A stretch of DNA of 64,000 bases from a virus: the IMG/VR virus record IMGVR_UViG_3300024264_000019, positions 14,209-78,208 of that record, one strand, 5' to 3'. Shown here piece after piece: positions 9,923-18,900 of the stretch. A program made the translations under genes and the position numbers. The notes beneath the pieces were generated by a model. The model worked only from the letters and a program-made list of their open reading frames with translations, ran no database searches and was not told the origin of the DNA. How positions within the stretch are numbered: the stretch's first letter is position 1; each line of letters starts with the position of its first letter.

Positions 9923-12900
9923 TTATCTTAAAACTCCTTGAGGATCAATTTTAGGAGCTAATGCTGTTGCTAAATAATCAAGTATGACACCCTCTTGTAA
10001 TATACTTCTTAATTGATCTCTCATCACTGGAGTTAATACGCCCTTAACCACTTCAGAATTAAAGTCGAAGGTTATTCCTCCTTTAACCTCATGATTAATA
10101 ACTAACCCACCTAACTGCTCAGATAACTGAGCGGGTAATTCTTGAATAACTTTTATCGCTGCAGAAAAATCTTGGCTACCCTCTGGCGGACTAGTTGTGG
10201 GCGGTTTTTCTCCATCTGAATTACCACCATTTGGAGGGGTTTCTACTGGAGGTTCACCCTCTTGACTTGTCAATCTATTAACAAGGTCTTGTAGTGGAGT
10301 TGTGATAGTGCTTAAATTAGTAACTGCTAATCCTTGTTTCCATAAATTACCAAGCTGCACTGTTAATCCCTTTATTGGATCTTTTACTAGATTTGGGTCT
10401 AAACCTTCTTTTCCAGCCACTTTTTTAAGTTCTTCAGCGACTCTTTCGCTATTTTTTAAATCTGCTTCTAAATTTGCTTTTATTTTTTCAAAAACAGGTC
10501 TTAATTCTGCGGCTTTTTCTGGGTCCATGTTTTGTAACTGTTCCATTATATCATTCACATTAGCTAGAGCAACGATGTAATTTTCTGTATCTGAATTCAA
10601 TCCAGTGAAAATCGTCGATGAAACCCCAAGTACATCAGCGAGTGTTCTAAACGCGTCTATACTATCAGCTACAGGTGCAGCTGAATCGTCAGTAGGTAGG
10701 CGACCAAGCGTCGGTATAATTGAGGAGTCAGAGTTTATAGCTGCGTCAACCCCCGTTTTAATATCACCATCATTCAACCTCCGACCTCCTTGGTTTTCTA
10801 GTCTTGAGGATGACGCATCACCTGATGCTATCAGTTGATTAATAGCCACTCTTTGTAGCTCCGCTATCATTTTTTGCGAGCTAGCAACTTCTAGATCTCT
10901 CGCATTCTGAGCTATTCTATTACCCTTTTGCCCCGTGCCCTTAATGGAGCCCAGAAAGCCCTTCATTTCCTTAAGTGTTACATTTCCATCCTTGTTGCCT
11001 GCAGCAAATTCTGCAAACTGCCTTGCTAGCATTTGATTTTGTTCGCTTTGTTGTCTCTGAACATCTTGTTCAAATTTACCTGTTCCACTAGTGGGTTTAG
11101 GTTCTTTTATATTCATCTCTCGTTTTTCAATTTCGCTGGGGTTAAACAAAGCAGACATATCAATATTGCTAGCTACTTCGTTCATTAATTCAGTAATTAA
11201 TCCGCTTTCGTTCCTACGCTTAATGTCATCATTCTCAATAGAAGCTTGCCTTCCTTGGAATCCCCTTGGGTCAATATAATTTCTAGATGATAAATATTCA
11301 TTAGCTGAAGATCTTGCCATCGTTTTTGTTTCACCTTGGTAATCTTTTAAACTTTGATTTGATTGAAACCTACTCATCATAGTATCAACGTTTTGTTGAG
11401 CTTGCAACATGTTCTGATACTCTGATAGTAGCTTCTCTTCAAGGTTAACTATTTTTGATTGAATTTCTACTGCTTTTTGGATTCCATCACCCATACTCTC
11501 CAAAGCTTCCTTTCCGTCAAGCGCTGACTGAGCGAATTCTTTTAAAACCGCTCCCCCAAAAGTAAGCATTGTACCATCTTCAGAGGTAGCTAATCTATCA
11601 AAATTCTCAAAGCTTTGCGCTCCGCCAGGCATTTCTTCTAATGATTTTCCCACTTTTGAAGTTGATAACTTTCCAGTTTTAGCGAAGTTGCTCATGGCTT
11701 CTTTAAATAAATCATTAAAAGCTCTAGCCTCTTCTTGTTGCATTCCCGCGTCTAACTTTAAATCTGTTTGTCTAGCTAAAGCAATTTCTTCCTGAGTTTT
11801 TCCTCGCAAGTCTTCACTACCACTAACAAAAGATGTTCCTTCGGATATTCTACTTGCTACCTGTTGCTGAGCTAGCATTCTCGCTTGAGTTTCGAAACTA
11901 TCATTTAAGTTTCTAGCCATATCTGTAGCTTCCCCAAGCTTACCTTGCATAGGATCCCTTCCTGACAAAGTTTCCTTGTTGTAATCATATGTATTACCTT
12001 CTCCAGTTAAAAAATCAAGACCTGTTTTCGCTCCTGCAACAGCTGTTTGCACTAAATCTCCAAACCAACTTTTTGCAACCGTTCCTGGCCCCATCTTATC
12101 ATCCTCATTAGCAGCTGTTCCAGCTTGAAGTAGTGCAGTTCTTGCTGCTGCTTGTGCCCCCATATTTTTAATAGCTTCTCCTAATAAAGCTAATTTTTGG
12201 GACGCGCTCATACCTGAGTTAGCTAATTGATTCATTCTTGATTGGACCTCTGGGTCTGAAATTTTATTTATAGATTCTCTTATTTGAGTATTTGCAGCTA
12301 TTATTCCCTTTGTATCTCCTGATTGAGAAGCTGCTTGTAGTTGCTGAACTCCCATAGCTAAATTCTGAATACTAGATGTATCCTTCATAACTTTATCCAA
12401 ATCCTTCTTGGCTTTACTTAAGGCTTTAAACGTGTCAGCTTGAGAGTCTCTATTGCTCATTTGATTCAGCCCACTACTTACTCCTTGAAAAGCTCCTAAT
12501 CCCATACCTATAGGCCCAAAAGCTGCACCCATAGCAGCAGAATTAAGTACATCCATACCTAATCTCCCGCTGCCGCCCACTGCTTCATCCTGTCTTCCAT
12601 CCCTTATCATTTCTGCGGCCATTGGTCCCATAAACATCGCCCCCATTGATGCGCCCCCCGCCATTGCATTCGCGTTAGACATTCTCTGCCTAGCTACAGG
12701 AGACAATCCATGTTTTCTAATTTTATTAAAACCTCTACTTCCCTGACTTCTTTGATTGTGCCTGTCTTGTTGTTGTTTTAATTCAAAACCTTTATCTGAG
12801 TCCATTCCAGCGTATGGGTTTAGGATTTTATCTCTACCTAATAATTTACTTTGTTTTCTTTCTTGCTCAAGTTTGAACAGCTCTTTCTCTTTTATTAATT

Positions 12901-15900
12901 TTTTTTCTTCTGGCGATATCGCAAATGAAGGTATTCCGTGAGTTTTTGGATTTAACCCTGTTTTATTAGCTCTGTTAATTCCTTGTTGTATACCCATTGG
13001 TTCATCAACCGTGTTTATCACAGCGAGTCCCTGTGGGTTCATAGGTCCCTTCAATAAAGAGCTTTTTTCAACTTTTATCTTGCTTGAAGATATCCCTCTT
13101 TGTTTCAGAGCTTCTGATTCCCTTGCTATCGCTTGATCCAACGCGAAATTTGGCAAAAACCCGTTTCCATAATTTGATATTTTCCCTTTAAAACTTGGGT
13201 TTGCTGAATGCCTTAGGTACTCAGGGTCCATATTTTTAAGAGATGATACGTTAGCTTTTTTATTATTATAAAAAAGGATTAATTTTTCTTGTAGCTCTTT
13301 TGGTAGATTTTTGAACTCGCTTGAATTTGTAAATCTTTTAATATTATCTAAATCTTGAATTCGATTTCGTTTGCTAATTTTAAATGGTTGTTTTCTATCT
13401 ATCGAAGTGACAGGTCGAGTCTTTAATTCTCCTTGTTTTGAACCTTGAATTCTGCGATTAAAATCAGCTACTCTCCCACTAAGATTAGAGAACTCTTGAC
13501 CACCTAAAGGTTTAGATGCTTGAATTTTTTTATTATGAGCAAGTATTAAATTTGCAAGTTTACTAAAGTTTGGAATATGACCTTTAGAAAATCCAAGAAT
13601 TTGAAATACATCATCAATTTTGTCAAGTCCAAATTTTTCATGTATTCTTTGGAACTTTCGAGCTCCCCCTGCGGCTTTTACATACGCATCAATTTTGTAT
13701 TGTTCATTCTTATTTTTTCCAATTTTTAATTCCTTAAGGTATTTATTTTTATTAAACTGCTTAAACCTTCTCGCTGGCCTAGCAAAATTCGGTATTCTCC
13801 CCTCAGAGAATCTATTACTTCTCGATCCAAATCTATACTCTGGTAAACCATCCCCACCAAGCCTCCTCGTTAATGAAGTAGGTCTTTTTTTTCCTGGTTT
13901 ACCTCTTTGTGTTTTCTTTGAGTATTTTTGGTAAAACTCATCAAGAGCTTCTTTTTGTATTTTAATTTTTTCTATCTGTTTTTCGATATTTCTTAACTCG
14001 TTAACATCTCCACCTGATCTTCCAGATAATAAATCCATTGCTTTTGATTGAGTTGATTTAAAATCATACTTTATATCTTCGTTTTTTCGTTTATAGCTTT
14101 CTGCGTCTTTTCTTTTTAAATAAAAAGTGTCTGAACCCATTTTTATAGGAACTCCCGAAACCGACTCTCTTAGACTTTTGGTTAATTTATTATTTTTTAA
14201 TTTGTCTCTGTATTTATACATCGCATATCCCGCCAGCCCAATTCCAGTCCCTACTCCCCCAGTAGTTAATAAATCTCCAACTACCGATCCTCCTACCCCT
14301 GCTCCTCCTGCTCCTCCTACCCCCAAAGCCAACTTTCCTGCGGCTACTGCCTTCCCTCCCAATCCAACTGTCTGCCCGACTGATGATAGTCCAGATAAAC
14401 CTTTAATTCCCAAACCTATCGCTCCAGCTCCAGCTCCTAAAGCGCCAGCAACCCCTAGGCGTTTTTTATTTTTATTAAGAAACTCTCTTGGTTTACTAAA
14501 TTTCTCTTTTCCGAATTTTTGTAAACCTATTAATTTATTTTGAATATTTAAAAACTGTTTCTGTCCAAATTCTTTCGTTTTAGACGCTCCTGTTCTAGCG
14601 TAATATGTTAATGGTGATATTAATTTTTCACCAAGAAAAGCCTTTCCGTCTTTAATTCTTGAACCTAACTGTTTATAGTTTACATTTGTTAATTGGTCAA
14701 AGCTTTTATTAAAAATACTAGGACCTTTGGCTTTCCCCGTTTTAGAAACTTCTTCATAATTCTCTAATACATACAATAGATCTCTAAAGGAATTAACCCC
14801 CTTACCCCAAGCTGAAGAAATACCTTTAAATATTTTTGATCTTTCGGTTTTGTTTTGAATAGATTTAGTTTTTTCAATAATTGATTTTTTAGTTTTCTCT
14901 TCTTTGCTTGACCCTGAACTCCAAGATCCTACTTCAGGGTTAAAAGAGTTTTTTCCAAAACTGTTAAAAAAATCATTCATCCATTTTTTTGAATCTTGAT
15001 ATTTGTCTCTTGTTTTTCTAATTTTCTTGTGGCCAAAAGCTAGAACGTTCCTACCCACACTTTTAGATCTTTCGTATTTTTCATTCAAACCTTCAATAAA
15101 TCCAGACATGGGCAAACTCATTTTCTTATCTTTAAAATTTTTCAATCCATTTACGACGCTAGAACCAACCCTACTCCCACCTTTCCCCACTAAGGATAAA
15201 GTTTCTGAAATTCCCCTAGTGGCATCAATTTGCCTAAAGGGTCCCGTTGCGGATGCGATTGATCTTACAGCTCCACTAGCAATTGCTTTAGGTAAATTAA
15301 TGGCAGTTGATTTCACGAAATTCCCAGCCTTATCCACAAAGTATGTTCCATATTGTTTAACATCCTGTTTCATTCCTTGGAGTTTTTCACGTCTAGCTGT
15401 TCTTTTTTCTATTTGAGCTTTAGCTTTGTTTTCGACCTCAAACAGTCTTTGCACTTTTTTTCCATTAGGGTCTTCGCTACCCTTAAAATCTACATTTTTT
15501 CCAGTCGACTTGGAATAATATCTTGTCGTTTGAGTTTGGTCATTTGATCCAACAAATTTTAAATCATTATACTTTATTCCATCTGGACCTGTAGCCCTAA
15601 ATGTAGCATTCCTAACTATATTTGATCTATTCTTTAAGCTATTTAATTTAGAACTCTCTAAAGCCTCTTTTGCTTCAACAGCTTTTTTAATAAATTTTTC
15701 TTTTTTCTCCAAAGCTTTCTTACTAGCTCTTTCCACAGGGCTCATTAAATTCATATTTCTTAAATCTATTATATTAGCAAGGTCCGAAGGTATTGCTCCA
15801 ACGGTATTCATGAATTTTCCTCCCATAGCTACAGCTTTATCTTTCACCGCAAGTCCTAATTGTTGAGCTTTTTCACTTACATATCCTGGGCTTAACATTG

Positions 15901-18900
15901 ACGTGTTTATTCCCCGACCCTTCTTCTTTTTATTTTTTTCTTGGAGTTGTCTTCGTTTTTCGGTTGAGGCTTGCGAGTGAATTACCGTTTGATTCAGGAA
16001 GTTATCGAGATCCAAACTTCTTCCTCCATTTTTTTGAATTAATGAACTTATACCTTCTCCACTCATTCCCCAATACCCCTTATCTTTAAAGAAATGTCTC
16101 TTGTCAATATCAACTGCAGATCTCATATCTTTTTGTCTTTTCTCTAAGGGTGTCGCTCCTGATCCAAGGAAAAAATTTAAATGTTCTGCTAGCCCTGATT
16201 TTTGTTGAAACTTCACAAGTCTACTGTTCACCTCTCCTTGAATCAGTTTTTTATTCTTAGGGTCTAGTATTATTCTTCTTAAATCTTTTGGCGATATTTC
16301 TTTACCATCAATTTTAATCTCTTGATTTTTCCTGTCTATTACTAAACTTCTGTTTCCAGCAACTTCTTTAGCTTCCTTTGTGAAATTCTTATCTCCACTT
16401 AACATCGACTCTTTAACTATAGACTCAATAAATCCAACGCTACCAGTATTCGGATCTAATTTTCTAATACTTTTATCTCTATCCCTTAATGCAAAATTAG
16501 GTATGTATCCGCTTGATAAATTCTGAACTCCAATTTGTTTTTCTATATTACCAACTCTTGAAACTAAACCTTGAACCGTATTCTGAATTTGAGAAACTGC
16601 ATTCATTGAAACCGCAGCTCCAACAGCACTAGTTTTGGCAATTCTTGAGCTCCTCTTGGTTTGCGAGCCAATACTAGCTTCCTGGTTACCAGGGAAAGCT
16701 CCATAGCCTTTTTGCTTCCCTAAGTATCTCACTCCTGTCATTTTACCGTACTCAACATCAAAACTTTTTTGCCTCAACCATTCTTTTTTTGATAGTTTTT
16801 TATCGATTAAATAATGGTGATCCATGTGATTATATTTCTTCGAAGCTTCTTTATGGTTTTTAGCGAAACCTGCTGTGACTAAATCTTGCTTTTGGTTTTT
16901 CCTTAGACCTGCAAAATTTGGTATATATCCAGTAGCAGCTTTAGTGAGGGGCCCATAGGACTTTCTGCTCGTCCTCGAAACTTCCATCTGTTTTTCTTTT
17001 TGCGCTTTAGATAGCTTCACTGTGTTTTGCGGTATCTTTAATACCTTTGAGCTAAAATCCCTCTTCGTATCCGCGTTAAGAGCTATTTTTGCATCAGCGA
17101 ATGGAGTGTAATATCCAAATAGCTTTTGAAGTTTTTCGTCAGGAGTACCATTGATATCAAAACTCGCATTGTTTTTTGTAAAAAGCCTGTTTTTTCCTAC
17201 AGCCTGCAAAGCTGTTTCAAAAATCGAGCCAGAAGCTGAGCCCACGCTTCCTGCGTTAGCCATTCTACTAATTCCAGGAATATTCATTCCGAAATTTCCA
17301 GCGCCAGCCATTTCTCTAGCTAATCTAGATGACTCCCCAAGCATTAAATCTTCTATTCTGCTTCTTATATTACCTTCTGTATTTTTTAAAGACTTTGGTT
17401 TTATTCCCTCAACTCTATATTTCATCCTCACATTACCCTTTTCCGTCTTGTAGGAAGTATCAACTCTTCTTCTTATATTGTTTGTAGCTACAAGCATTGT
17501 TGCTTGAGTAGAAGCGTCAATCGTTGGCATTTTATTTTTAATATCTCTAGAAGCTTGCTTTTTTGCCACTATATTTTCTTTAGAGTTTTGAGCTTTAAAA
17601 CCTTTTATTTTTTTCTGATCCTCAACGGAAAACATATTTAAATAAACCTTTTCACCCTGCGGGTCTTTAGAGAAATCTCCATCTTTCAACCTGTTAATTT
17701 TTTGAGTAGTAAAGAAACCTTTTTTAGTTTGAACTCCAGCTGCAAAATTTGGAGTCTTAGCTCTAGCTGATCCATATGTCCTGGGATCAACCCCTTCAGC
17801 TTTAGCTCTTTTTATTCCTTGAGAAATTCCCATTGGTTCGTCACGGGTATTGGTGACAGCTAAACCTATTGGGTTTTCTTTTGTAATTAAATCTGGACTT
17901 CTTTCAATTCTTATTTTTGATCTTGGTACTCCAGCTTCAGTTTCTCTCTGAAGTGCTTCTGATAAAGCGTTTCTCGCAAAATTAGGGATTAAATTTGAAT
18001 TTACTTCAGATGAGTTTGCGTAGTTTGGGATAAAACCTTTCCCCATAGTTTTTATATCAATTTTGCCACCTTTTTTGAAGTGTTTCCTTAGGGATAATAA
18101 TTTATCTGGATTATATCCCATCTTCATTAACATCTGAAAATCACCCTCTAAACCTTTTTTGAAATAAGATTCTAGCCAGAGTTTTTGAAACTCCCCACCC
18201 ATCCCCTTTTTCACGGTGCTCACGCTCTCTCTTTTGAATAGAGAAGATTTAAATTTTATATTTTTATTAGCTGGATCCTTTAATGTGTCTTGTATTTTTT
18301 GATATCTATTTCTTTTATCAATAAAATTTGGTATAAACCCACTTGAAGCTGACCTAACTCCTCCACTGGGAATTCTATGATTTGGATCTAAAAACAAACT
18401 TTGACTTTGGGAGGAATCTTTTCTTTTAATAAAATCTTCAATTGATTTTGGAATTGTTGCGTTTTTGTTTAAATTATTAGTTACGTATTTTTTGTAAAAT
18501 TCTAATTCTTTCTGATTATCAATAGACTTGATTCTTGTTGAGAAAATTTTCGATAATTTATCTTGGCTCGAGTATTTGTATATTGCTTGTTTATTTTTAA
18601 AATCAGGGTCGATCATGCTCCTTAAAACCCTGAAAGAATCTGTTTGTTTGAAACTTTCTTTATTTGCAGATATTACAGATTGGCTTAATTTAGTATCTGA
18701 GGGAGTTATCATGTTGATTCCTCCACCAAATAAAGCGTTACCAGAGGTTAAATTAATATTTTCTCTTTTATTATTTTTGTGCCCTATTGGTTTTTCACCC
18801 AGCCCTTTTTGTTTCGCAGCTACCATATTTAAATATTGGTCCGCAGCTTTCTTTAAAGCTACAACAACATTTTGCTTTTTAGTGGCTTTTGTTTCGAAAA

